A stretch of DNA of 64,000 nt from Proteromonas lacertae (Eukaryota), in NCBI GenBank assembly GCA_002245135.1, contig NGBS01001185.1:62001-126000 (forward strand), written 5' to 3'. Of the stretch, positions 38,938-52,000 are shown one piece after another (the stretch's first letter is position 1; each line of letters starts with the position of its first letter). Both the position numbers and the translations under genes were made by a program. Below the pieces are notes generated by a model that saw only the letters and a list, made by a program, of their open reading frames with translations, ran no database searches and was not told where the DNA came from.

Positions 38938-39187
38938 ATAATTGCTTAAAGACTATTAAGCGAGATATTAAAGAAAATAGAAAATCAATCAAATCAAATC
39001 AAGCCTATTTTAGCCAATCAAATGACAGAAGTAGAATAATTTTGATGTTTAGTTTTCTACTTATCTAAAAAGAGATAAAGTTTTATATAATTAGAACTAA
39101 CGTTTAATTTTTCATTTTTCAAAGATTATTTCTTATTTTCATAACACACACATTTACATACATACATATATATAATCATTGTTACAT

Positions 39188-42100
39188 TTATTCTACTTCC
39201 ATTAAATTCTCTTTCAACTTTTCTTCTTCATTCATCCTCTTCAGCTTCTCTTCTTCCAATCTCAATATATTTACTTCATCATATACACTAAATATTTCAT
39301 TTCTTTTACTTGGATCAGAATAATGACTCTGTAATAAATACATAAATCTCATAATTGAACTATTAAATTCATTTTCATTTTCAATTTCTTCCATTGAGTT
39401 ATTTTTCATAAATGAACTAGAGGAATAATTCAATTGATTATTCAGATTTAATCCACTACTACTACTACTATATAATATATAATAATAATAATAATAATAT
39501 ACAATTTGGCCATTTCTAGATTGATTTTCATATTATGTTCTTCTTCAATTTTACTTCGCCAAATTCCTTCGCAAATATCAACACTTGCTCTAGACCATTG
39601 TAATTCTGCTTCCTTTAAACCTTTCTCAGCTATTGCATAAACAGAATTTGGATCATCTTTATATCGAATATTATATAATTTAGAGTTATTAAATATTCGA
39701 TATAAATCATTTATAAAATCATTATAATTCAAATATTCTTTTTTATCAATCTTTTTACGAATATCAACTAAGCAAATTGGAATACCAACTACGGATAAAT
39801 AATCTACGTACTTTTTTAAATCAATTTCTTCTTGAAATATACCCCATCTTTGATCTTTAAATGCTTTATATACATTCTTTAAAATTGGATATTTCACTGT
39901 TGTTGCTTGATTTATTTCAATTTCTCTTCTTCGAAGTGATTCTATTGCTTTTTCAGTATCTTCAAAATAAACAATCTTCAATTCTTCAAAATATCGTTTT
40001 AAATGCATCATTTGCTGTTTTCTTTGTTTTGTTTTTTCTTCATTTGCTCCTTCAAAATTTTCAATATTCCAATCGAAGAATTCGATTATATCATTTAAGA
40101 ATGTGTTATAATCATTGTCATATTCTCCTTTGTCAAGTTTGTTACCTAATTCGTTGAAGTGTATTTCTTCATTTAGTCTTTTCTATACAATAAAAATAGA
40201 CAATAAAAATAAGCAATAAGCAATATATATATACACTTATATAAAGTGGTATTCCAAATCCTTTCATCTTTATATATTCATGATTATATATCTTATTATA
40301 ACATTCTTCACATATCTTTCGCTTTCTAATAATCTCCTTCTCTTTTTCACTTAATTTCCTCTTTGTAGTAGTAGTAGTTGTTGTTGTTGCTATAGATCCA
40401 GTACCAGTAGTTGATTTCTTATTATTACCTAATGAATGAATAATGTCTGGAATAGGCTTGCCTTCATATCGAGCAACTTCTGTTTCAAATTTGATTTTTA
40501 ATCGATTTGCTGCTTCTATTATATGTTTGTTATCTTTATCTTTATTGAATTTAAAGGCATTATTAAATACTAACCTTACATCATCTATAAATTCACGAAA
40601 TACCAAATACTGATGTCTGTTGTATTTTTCAATAATTGTCCCAAAATCCATAGGCTTGGAAATGACTCGAGTATATTCTTTCCAACTTGCTAAACTGTAA
40701 CTAAATGGTATATAATCTTTATATTCATATTTCAAAATTTTTATTTTTTCAATTATAAATTTTAAATCCGTTTCTTGAGGTTTTTCTGTTAAGTAATTTG
40801 GATGATGGTTGATATATTCTTCTTCTATTTTCTTAAATTCAGTTTTGAGTGTATTTGCTGCTCTTATTAAATTTTCTTTTTCTGGACTGTTCATTGCTGT
40901 TTGATAGGTAATTGCATTATCAGCGATTAAGTAAATATCTCTACTAAAATCACTAAAAGATTTGTAATTCTTTATGGATGTCTATATATATAATTAGATG
41001 GAAAAATAACAATATATATATAAATACAGTAATATTTGGAAAACTAATAGGTCTTTTCACATAATTTGTATATTGAGCATATGATTTCAATACCTTTATT
41101 GGAGTTTTAAAAGCATTATAAACAGATGCTTCATAAGTAGAAGTCTTTATTATATTTAATATTTTATCACATTCATCGTGAGGTAATTGTGAATCTCTAT
41201 AGTTTAAAATCGTCTTTCTTTTTTTATTCAAACTAAAAATATCACTACTTTCATCGAATTTAGGTGGAATTAATCGTTTATGACTTGAATTTTTAGATGC
41301 AACAGATAATGTTGAAGATGGCATAATATTCGATTTAATGACAGATGAAGCAGCAGTAACGGCTTTGTAGGTTGCGTTGGATAGTTTATATTTGTCTGGT
41401 TCACGGAAGTGAAGGTATAATTCATCAATTTCTTTTAATTGATCAGTTGCTCGTTGAATCCATATCTTTGATTCCAGTGTTTTTTTATCTTGTGAAAAAT
41501 ATTTGATACTGTTTTGAAACACTCTTTTATATTCAGCAATAAACTCATCGATTAGCTTGTATTTGTTGAATACTAATTTATACTATTTAAATAAATAAAG
41601 ACATAAATGAAAATGAATTAAAAAATTGAAAGAAAATGAAAAAAATAAAAATTAAAAAATGAATATCATATAATATACTGTTATTTCTTCAAATACAATT
41701 GGTCTTTTAATAACTTCTTTATAATTCGTCAATAGATCTAATCCCTGTTTATACATATAAGGATCTAACAATGATTTATTATCATATTTTTTATTATATA
41801 ATATTTCAATCCAATCAAAACACACGAATTTATCTTTGAAATATTCTGCTTTTAATACTTCAGAAGCTTCATCTTCAACTTTTTGTAAAAATGTAATAGC
41901 ATATCTTCTGAGCTTAGAAGTATCTGTAGATATAACTGTATTGAAGTATAAACAGTTGTAACAAATTAATCTCAAATCTTTTAAGAAACCATCTATCATT
42001 TCATACTCATTATAGTTTAATTTACACTATTTTTTATAATGATAATTAATATAATATACTGAGATGGAGTGTAAACTAACTGGATGTTTGACTTGCTTAT

Positions 42101-42659
42101 GATATGCTTCATTACTCTTAGGGACTATAAAACTGAAGTTTTTACTAAAATTTCTATCACTATAAAGCACTTGCATAATGGATAAACATTTTAATTTGTC
42201 TTCTAAAGGAATTGAAGGCTTCTAAAAGAATGAGTAACAATTAACAATTATACAAGTATGTTACTATGATATCCTATCTCCTTAAAACATTTTAAACAAT
42301 ATTTATCAAAGCTATCCAAGCAATTCATGAAATATGTCTTCATTGCTTCATTACGATCAGTAGACGAGTCAGAAAAAGACCTGATGCCAATTTTGTATAT
42401 TCTTCGGATTTTCATTATTAGTTCATCAATATTTCCGAAAAGACATTTGTCAAGTGAGTCTCCCAGCCTTATCTAGTCCATTTTATAATTCAATATAAAA
42501 TACTTTGATTTGTTCGTTGTTTAACATGTGATATCTCATCCTCCCACTATCAGTTTCTTCTTTTATTGCTCTCCATTGAAAGAATCTTTTCATTTCATCT
42601 GATTTCCAATCACATTGATCAAATATCTGCTTCATAATAGCATAATTTGATTCCTGCAT
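39188..42659 (-). CDS. Multi-bromodomain protein (5 clear bromodomains plus 1 degenerate)
   Basis: Repeated Y..V(I/V)K.P(M/I/V)...I..K...Y....F..D...(I/V)..N...(Y/F)N across spliced exons. The first exon starts MQESNY at 42659. Confidence 0.8.
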
Positions 42660-42812
42660 TTGAAAAAGAAAAAAAATGAATGAAGACTCAAGCTTAACAG
42701 GATTTGGCTTGAAGTTTTTATAATAAACAACAATCAGCATATATCCTTAAAAATGTATTAAACAACATAGATATCTTAATTAACTTATAATTATATATAA
42801 TTTTTTCACATT

Positions 42813-43880
42813 TTAGTACGATTCACTTTTCTTAATTTTCTGTCCAAACACATCAACAGATGTAGAATGTGATACTCCTTCCGCATTAGAATTCATCCTA
42901 GTAATCATCATCACATCATCAACATCCATCGACTTCATATTTCTCTCACTATACGCTGATTTATTCAAACATTTTGTAATACTTGAATTATACCTTGACA
43001 TAAAGGAAACAACAGCTATTTGATTTTCTTTACTTATATCATTCGTCAATGGCTCAAAATCATATTTATAAGGATGAGATTCTCCACCGAATATAATTTT
43101 ACAATATTCAATAAACGATGTCTTTGGAAACTTGCCATTATGGTTTTTTCTATATGTTTCTATCGTTGGTACCATTTGTGCCCTTGTTCTTATCACTTTC
43201 CAGTCATTTCTACTATAAACTGTGTTTAAAAACACATCTCTGAAATAAGTTATTGGTTGAAGAAAAGTTGCATTTTCTGAACAATACTGTAAGTATTCTT
43301 GTAATGTCCAATAGCCTTTGTGATTGGAATCATATACTTGAAAGAGTGTAAGTAACACTGAGGTAATATCATCGAAATGAAATAATCGAAGTAATTCTGT
43401 TACATTTTCTATTGTTATACGGTTTGTGTCTACGTCAGTGACAAGAATTAAAGCAACTATACATTAAGAAATTAAAGAAATTTATACATGTGTATAACAC
43501 TTCAGTGTCTACCTTTGAAAAAAATAAACACATCTGTAGGAATGAATTCCAATCAGTTTCTTTACCAAATATTCTATTTAACACCTGTGGGAAAGAAAAT
43601 GAACATAATGAACATTTCCACGCTCTTAATGTAATTTTGGATGTGCTATGTAAATATTACAGTTATTATAATAACTATTATACTGGTTTGACAAAACCAA
43701 AAAGGATTGTTGAAACTTTTTGATATCTTTCCTGTTTACTATTTTTATATCATTTATTTATATCATACAATATGATATTCTCACTAAATAAAGAGTATCT
43801 TCTAGAAGATGGAATTCCTTTTGTATGGCGTAAGCTCCACTACGTTTTTCTATATCAGCGTTATCAAAAGCGTCACTCAT
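42813..43880 (-). CDS. EF-hand calcium-binding protein
   Basis: FQVYDSNHKGYWTLQEY EF loop; ATG at 43880; upstream short-intron exons. Confidence 0.6.
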
Positions 43881-43994
43881 TATTTAAATTTACACCAGAT
43901 ATTGTGATTCAAATTTAAAACGAATAAAACTTGAAAAAAACTTGTGAAGAAAAATTCTTTTAATTTTAAAATTAAACAAATTAGATTAGAATTA

Positions 43995-44650
43995 TTAATT
44001 TGGTTCTGTCTTTACTATTTGTTGATTTTCCATTATTTGTTTCTGATGCTTTTGAATTATCTTTAATCTTTTGTATAATTCTCTATTTCTATATTTTTCT
44101 GCAATTTCTTTTGATAATTGTTCCTCATAACTATATTATAATAAACATATTTTTTGTATACTTTTTCTTTTGAGCTTTAGCCTTCATTACATGCGATTTT
44201 AATAGCAATTCTACAGGAACATCCTCCATAGAATTTATATAACACTTTGTAGAATCACAAAGTGACTGAGGTACAGTGTTTTGCATTTGATTATTATTCT
44301 GATATGTTTGGCTTTGTTTCTTATCTTCTGATTTTTCAGTATCTGACGTATTTGGAGATAAATCTTGAGAAATAACAGTAGAATGAGTGGTATAATTATT
44401 CATAGTCTATATATATAACAAGTATATTATACAGAATTAGGGTTATTAAAAACCCATGCTCTAGCCATAGAATAAATAGTAGGTGGAAAAGGCATATTAT
44501 CAAAATTTATTCTAATAATTGCTATAAATTATTGATTTTATACAATCTATCATAAACTTGAACAGTCTTTGAATAGTTTAAATTTACCGCTGGAGATTGT
44601 GGTTCTGATAATATATGACTATCTGTTGAACCATAATAACCTTTATTCAT
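43995..44650 (-). CDS. LIN37: LIN37-like protein (DREAM/MuvB complex subunit)
   Basis: Splicing three introns gives VQVYDRLINFDNMPFPPTIYSMARAWVFNNP, resembling the LIN37 motif LFDRSVDL..LYPICRAWMRNSP, plus a C-terminal LLKSHV helix. Confidence 0.6.
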
Positions 44651-44917
44651 TGCAAACAAACAAATTAAATATTTGAATTCTGGGTTATTTTTTGGATCAT
44701 TTTTCAATGAAATATAAAATGATAAATAAATCTCTTAAATGAGTGCTAGAGAGTTTAAATAAGTAATGAATCTAAATTTGACAAAGGGCAAAGAAACATT
44801 AACACTAAATTGAAAGGTGAAAATAATGACAATAATGATGTAAATTACACATTCTACTTTACACTTCTCACTTTATTGAGTATATTATTGAAATTGATAT
44901 ATTTTCTAAGATAAAGA

Positions 44918-45811
44918 ATGAATACAAACACAAATATAACAAATGAAATGGATTATGAAGCAGAAAACACAAAATCTGACAAACTAATCAATTTTACACA
45001 TAAAATACTTACTAAAAACGAAGAAAATCAAGATAATGTGCTAGTAAATAATGATAAAAATAGTAAAAATAATGTTTGTGATGACTTAATAGAAAATAAA
45101 TCAAATTTAAGCGAGATTAGCTATGTCAATTGTAATAAATTTTCTTTTTGTTGCGATGTAAACATTTCAAATAATTTGAAAATAGAAAATGACACTAGAA
45201 ATAACAGTATACTTGTTGAAATGTCAAATGTACCTTCTAAACTTACTAATTCCACTCCAACATCTATTAACATAGAAGGTGTAAAACGACACGTTTTAAA
45301 TAGTAAAAAAAGAAAGAAGAATGGTGAAGATAATCAAGATTCTAAGAAAAAGAGAAGAACTAAAGATATACAAATACCAGTTTCTGATGAACATTTAAGA
45401 GAATATTGTATAAATGCTGTAAAAGATTTTCCAAAGAATGGAATAATTAAAAAATGTAACATATGTAATAACGAATATGATATTAATGTTCTGTTTAAAG
45501 ACAATAGAATAATTGATGATAAATTGAAATATATATGCCTATATTGTTCTATTAGTGTAGATGTAAGTGAGATTAAAGATTGGAATGATGAGTATGATAA
45601 AAAACGTGTATGTAAGAGATGCAAAACTAGAAAAAGTGATAAAAAGTATAAGAAACCTAAAATAAAGTATTGTATGTATTGTTCTTTGAAGAAGAATAGA
45701 CATTATGGAAGGTATTTAATTGGTTTAGAAAAGATAAATAATAAAAATAAGAAAGTATACGATAATGATGAGCCACTCGATAAAGAATCTGTTAATAGTT
45801 GTTACGTTTAA
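44918..45811 (+). CDS. Intronless hypothetical protein with NLS-like segments and four CxxC pairs (putative zinc fingers)
   Basis: CNIC, CLYC, CKRC, CMYC; KKRKK and KKKRR. Confidence 0.6.
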   Translation: MNTNTNITNEMDYEAENTKSDKLINFTHKILTKNEENQDNVLVNNDKNSKNNVCDDLIENKSNLSEISYVNCNKFSFCCDVNISNNLKIENDTRNNSILVEMSNVPSKLTNSTPTSINIEGVKRHVLNSKKRKKNGEDNQDSKKKRRTKDIQIPVSDEHLREYCINAVKDFPKNGIIKKCNICNNEYDINVLFKDNRIIDDKLKYICLYCSISVDVSEIKDWNDEYDKKRVCKRCKTRKSDKKYKKPKIKYCMYCSLKKNRHYGRYLIGLEKINNKNKKVYDNDEPLDKESVNSCYV

Positions 45812-46051
45812 TATAGAATGTTTGTATTAACTAGTTTACTTGATTCTGTATTTTTCTAGAGTATAAATATATTGTGTTGCTAAATATATACTAAAAATTG
45901 TTTTAGATCGCTTAATCAACACTCTTTTCTTAATATTCTTTCATATAAACAATAAAGCTAAAATATTTTAATCATCTAAATTAGAAAACTCAACATTTAA
46001 ATACATTCATTTCAGGTTAGAAAACCGAAAAAATCATTCCCTAAAGATTTC

Positions 46052-49000
46052 ATGAATTTGTTTATCATATTCATTGTACTTTGTGGTATAAATTATAATT
46101 TATATTATTGTGTTAGGTATTTCTGCTTCAGCTGATCACCATATCAACAGCAACACTAATCTCATCAATTTAGTTCCAAAAGATGTAGAAGGACAAATGG
46201 TTGAAAACAAACCAGTTGGTAATATAGATTCGATTGATGGTGTTTATTCTCAAAATCAAAATGTAATTTGCAGTAATTTAGAAAAATCAGTTACACTTCA
46301 TTACGAGACTGCTACTACTGTAGGTAAATTAGCTATGAAATATAATGAAGGTGTAAAATTTGAACCATTTAGCTTATATGATGGTGAAAAGAAGATTGAC
46401 TTATCAGAACTGTTTCGATCAAAAGTAGTAAATGGTACACAAACTGTGACACTATGTCTTTCCGAAAGTATTTATGAAATTCGACGAAATGACGAGATAA
46501 AATCAAAAGTCGAATTTGGTATAGTTAAAGTAGAAATGAATGGTAAAATAGTATCAACCGTAAATATTAGTGAGTTAGGAAGTAACAAAGGTATAAAAGT
46601 AAGTATTAGCGAAGATCGAGAACTGAAGTCTTCTGTAAGAAAATTAGCAAATGTTATTGTATTACCAGAACAAAGCGTATGGGAATATTCAGCTACTCCA
46701 CAAAGTGATAATTCCTGGAGTAATATTGTAAATGATTGGAATAAATTTGTTCCACCTTCATTTCCTGTGAAAACAACAACTACTACATATTATCGATCAA
46801 AATTTACACTTCCAGATATAGCTGGTACAAATTCACCCATATTGAAAGTGAAATACAGAGATGGTTTGATAGTGTTTGTAAATGGAATAGAAATCTTCAG
46901 AAAGAATATGCCATTAGGAGAAATAAACTCAGAAATCAAAGCAAGCAAATCATTTGAATCATTAACTGAATCAACAATCTCAATTCCTCAATCAATAATC
47001 AATAGTTTTGATAATTTCATTGGAATAGAAATTCATAAAAGTAAATTAAGTCCATTGTCTCAAAATGATGAATTTTCAGCCACAATAGAAACTCGAGCTA
47101 GAGGATTATACTCACAAACAACAGCTGATAATGTGGATATAACTGTAATATCACAAGCTGGTATTGCACCTAATATAGGAAATGCTTTAACTAATATGTT
47201 TTCAATATCAACAACTCATTGTAGTGTAATATTAGGTAATAAGGATGATATAAAAGACGAATCAAAATGGTTTCCAATGAATTATGATTTTACATTTAGA
47301 AATCATGTAGCTAAATATATGAATCAATTTAGAATAAGTGGTTGTTCTAATAATTTCAAAAACCATCCAAGGGATGTAAAAATATATGGTTCAGTTGATA
47401 GTGACAATATAGAATGGATATTGCTTTATGAAAATACAAATTTGGGATTATCAGAAATGGAATGTAGTGATATTTCAACATATGCATTAAATCCAATTAA
47501 TAAAGCATTTGAAAGTTACAGATTAGAAGTAATATCTAATAATGATTATTTTTTAGATTGGGGACATTATATTTCATTCAAATTTTTTGTATTAGATGAA
47601 AAACCACTATCTATATGTGAAGCTAATGAGAATTATCCGTCAACTAATATTGGAATGACTTCAATTATTTATTGTGGAAGTGGATATAAAGAAGTGAGAT
47701 GTGGAAATGATGGAAATTTTGAAGCTGAAGTTGATCATGAATGTAATAATGATTTAATCAAAAGTGAATGGCAATATACTGATTCTACTCCATCATCACC
47801 ACATTGGAATAATGAATATATAGAAGGAGAAAGTGAATGGATGAAAATATCTTTACCATTTCCTGATTTCACATCTTCAATTAGATATTATCGAAATTAT
47901 TTTACAATCAATGATATATTAGTAAGTGGATCACCCAAGTTAAAGATTACATATAAAGATGGATTAAAGATTTATATAAATGGAAATGAAATATTCAGAA
48001 GAAATTTCAATGGAGATGTAATAATTCCATTTGAAACAGCAACTGAAGAAACAATCTTAATTCCTTTACCTGTTTTATTAAATGGAAGAAATATAATAGG
48101 AATAGAAATTCATAAAAGCGATTCTTCTGTTTCTGATCCATTGATCATTTCATTAGAATATATGAAATTAACAATTAATACAGTAACAACATTAGATACA
48201 GTAAATGTGAATGAAATTGGTTTAATCTCTGAAAAAGGAAATGCTCCAGTTGATTATACTAATTTAGATAAAACATTTGCAATGGCAAGTGAAAGTACAA
48301 ATGATAATCCTGATTATTGTGGAATTACGTTAGTAAAAGGAGAAAAAGCCAATTATATGCCATTTTATATAACCTACAAATTCAATGGATATAATGCTTT
48401 TTATTTTAATGAGTTTAAGATAAGTGGATGTAGTAATAATTGGAATAATCGTCCAAAGAATATAAAAATATTAGGAGCAACAGATAAAGATCATCCAGTA
48501 TGGGAAGAACTATATTCAAATACTGATTTAGGATTAAAAGGTGGTGATGGAACTGAGCATTGCACTGAAGTTAAAACATTTTCATTGTTGAATGTAAGAA
48601 AATCTTATGAAAGTTATAGATTAGAAGTAGTTGATATAGCTGCTTATGATGTAAATCCATTTGCTCATTATATTCAATATCGATTATTTATTTTAAATTC
48701 AATTTCACTTCCTGTTTGTTATGCTTATGATGGATTTGACAAAGCTTTTGCTGGTACAAATGGCACAGCCAGTTGTGGAAATGGATCTAAAGCTTTTAAG
48801 ATAAGAAAATGTTTAGAAAATGGATTATGGGATGAAGTAATTGATGATTCAATGTGTAATGCAAAATGTTCAGTTACAGTATATGATCAACTTGTAGTAG
48901 CAAATCCTGGTGAATATGGTGAATTAACCTGTCCAAACAATCAAAATAAGAAATGGAAAGCATATTGTCCTCTTAGTATTCCAGTATCATATATTGATAT

Positions 49001-52000
49001 TGTTGATGAATGTGTTAGTATTACTTATACAGAGAATTATATTACTAAAAGTGGTAAAGCTTTAAGTATAACTCCAACAATATCTGAAAATCCACCAACA
49101 TTAACATTTAGCAAAGAAACTGGTCCTGATTTTATAACAGTAGAATCATCTACAGGTGTTGTAAGTGGAACAATTCCATCAGATGTTTTAGAAGGAAAAG
49201 AATATGAATTAATAATTCGTGTTCAACCAGTTGATGAAAGATTCACAATAAAGATCGAAATAAAAGAAGAATCAAATAATGATGAATTTTATAGATTAAT
49301 AACAACGAATAGTGAAACAGCTGAAATAACTAAATCATATATAATTGATATGAGTAAATGGAAAGTTCCCGAATCTTTATCATTTAAGACATTAACAACA
49401 GTTGGTGATTATACAGTGAAAATGAAGCATTATATAAAAGAAAATGAAAATAATGTATTGAGTTTATTTGGTTCAATAGAAAATCAAATAATTGAACATT
49501 TACATTTGATAATAGAATCTCATAATGGAAATAATGTAAATCCTTCACTTAAAACCACAGAAAATGGAATATTTTCAAAGATATCAAACAGTTATTTATA
49601 TGATATAGAATTGAAAGTAAATTGCAATATTGAAATGAATCAAAATGAAGATAAAACCTTTGGTTTATTGAGTAACTCAATGGAGAATATGATAATGATT
49701 CATGTAGGAATATATTTTGAAGGAAAGATATCAATAAATACTTTCACATATTCATCAACATTTGGCTTGATAAGTGGATTTATTAAAAATGGTGATGGAA
49801 AAGAAGTAAGTGGAATATTTGTGAAAGGAAATGAATATAGTTATACTCGTGGTAATAGTGGTCATCAATATAATGGTTTGATGTTTGGCTCATCTGAAAA
49901 TCTGATTATTTCATACAGTTATAGTGATGTTAATACTTTCAAAATTAATTCAGAAAGAGGCTTAAGTAGTAGTTTGACAGTAGCTCATGCAACATCAGCA
50001 TCCTCTTATTTGAAATTCTTTAGATGTTTTGCAATAGTAAGAGTAGTAGCTGATATTGAAGGCAATTTTTGGGCATTCTTTGGTCCATTTTTATGTCGAG
50101 GCAATATAGTTGAAACAGTTGATGAATGTTGGAGTGATATAAAAGTTGGTGTTTTAATTGGAGCAAGTGAATTAGTTGGTTTTAGAGGAATGTATGAGAA
50201 TAATGAAGTTAATGCGAATGTGATCTTATCTAATAGTTATATTCACTATCATTTTACTAAAAGCATTACACATAACGATGCAAAGATTTTTATGATGGCA
50301 AAATATACAAAAACAGGAAGTTCGTTGAATAATGTTTATTCTTCAATAACTTATGATGATGGAGTTACATTTGCATGTCAAATAAGAGATATTCAGGATG
50401 ATGAAGGTACACAAAATCCAAGTACTATTCATAATACCATCATACAACAAAGAAGTGGAATAAAAATCATAAGATCATTTTATAGTAAACAAATTGGATT
50501 AGTTGATGAAACATCTGATATAAAAGAAAAGCCATATAAATATTTGAATGGATTCTTTACAAAAGATAGGAAAATATATTATTCCACAATGCCAAGATAT
50601 GATGAAAACAGTAAAAGAATAATAGATGAATATGGAATATTAGAAAATGTTGATATATCATTAGATGAAAATTCATATCCACATTATAATAAAGTAAAAT
50701 CTGTTTGGTATAGAAATGAGATAAGTTTAAATCCAATATATAAAGATGATTTGAGAGATAGTTATAAATTATATTTGTTGCTGAAAGATATAAAAGATGA
50801 ATCTAAGAATGTAATAATATCATCATCTAGTGATTGTATTAATTCAGAAAGTATAAGTGTGAAAAGTTGGTCAACAAGTGAATCTTCAATTAAATCAATA
50901 AGTGAAAAAATAAATAAAGAGAGTTGTAGTATGAATTCTTATAAGAAAATAAGTTATGAAATAAGTGGAATAAGTACAGGAGAATCTGAGATAGTGGAAT
51001 TAGTGAATAAAGAAGTAACTCCATCCTATACAGTTAGTTACAAAGATTATGTCGAAGAGAACAGTGAATTTAATATGATATTTAGTTTACCTTATCCATC
51101 TGAAATAGTAGTAAGTGGAAGTGAAATAATTGTAATGAAATCGTTAGAAAATGGTGAAATATTTACCTCATGAATATGAATCAAAATTAGTGTTAAATGT
51201 AGGAAATGTTGAAAATGAAGTGAATGAGAAAGTGAATATTTGTGTAAAATCTCCTTTTGCCTATGGTGAAGAAAGTGGAAAATGTTTTGATTTGACAGTG
51301 AAAATTCAGACTGGAGATCCTAGTAAACCAACCACTTCTCCACCAACCACAGTAAAGCCAACAACACAAACACCAACAACCATTAAACCCACAACTCAAA
51401 CACCAACCACAGTAAAGCCAACAACACAAACACCAACAACCATTAAACCAACCACTGTTAAACCTACTACATTACCACCAGGAAATAATTTTTATGAAAT
51501 TATTACTCAAGATAAAGATGAAATTGTTCTTGATAAATCATATATAGTTGAAATGAAAGATTGGATAATTCCACCAATTGAGAATATAAAATTCACAAAA
51601 TTAATAGGAAAAGGTGATGAAACCAAGATAATATTAAGATTTGATACAAAGGTTGATGAAGTTAAAAAAATTCAATTATTTAATGATTTAGATGGCAAAG
51701 TTTTAGAACATCTTCATTTCGTAATAGAATCTTCACCATCTGAAAATACATTAAAATTAAACCCAAATGGAATATTTTCAAAGATATCAAACAGTTATTT
51801 ATATGATATAGAATTGAAAATAGATTACAATATTGAAATGAATCAAAATGAAGATAAAACTTTTGGTTTATTGAGTAACTCAATGGAGAATATGATAATG
51901 ATTCATGTAGGAATATATTTTGAAGGAAAAATATCAATAAATACAAATGACAGAACAATATTAGTATTTGGCTTAATAAGTGGAAGTATATCAAATGGTG

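Noticed and set aside
51151..51173. Programmed frameshift or two separate genes
   Set aside because: The two later repeat copies lack the extra G and there is no slippery heptamer; a consensus error or private mutation is more likely.
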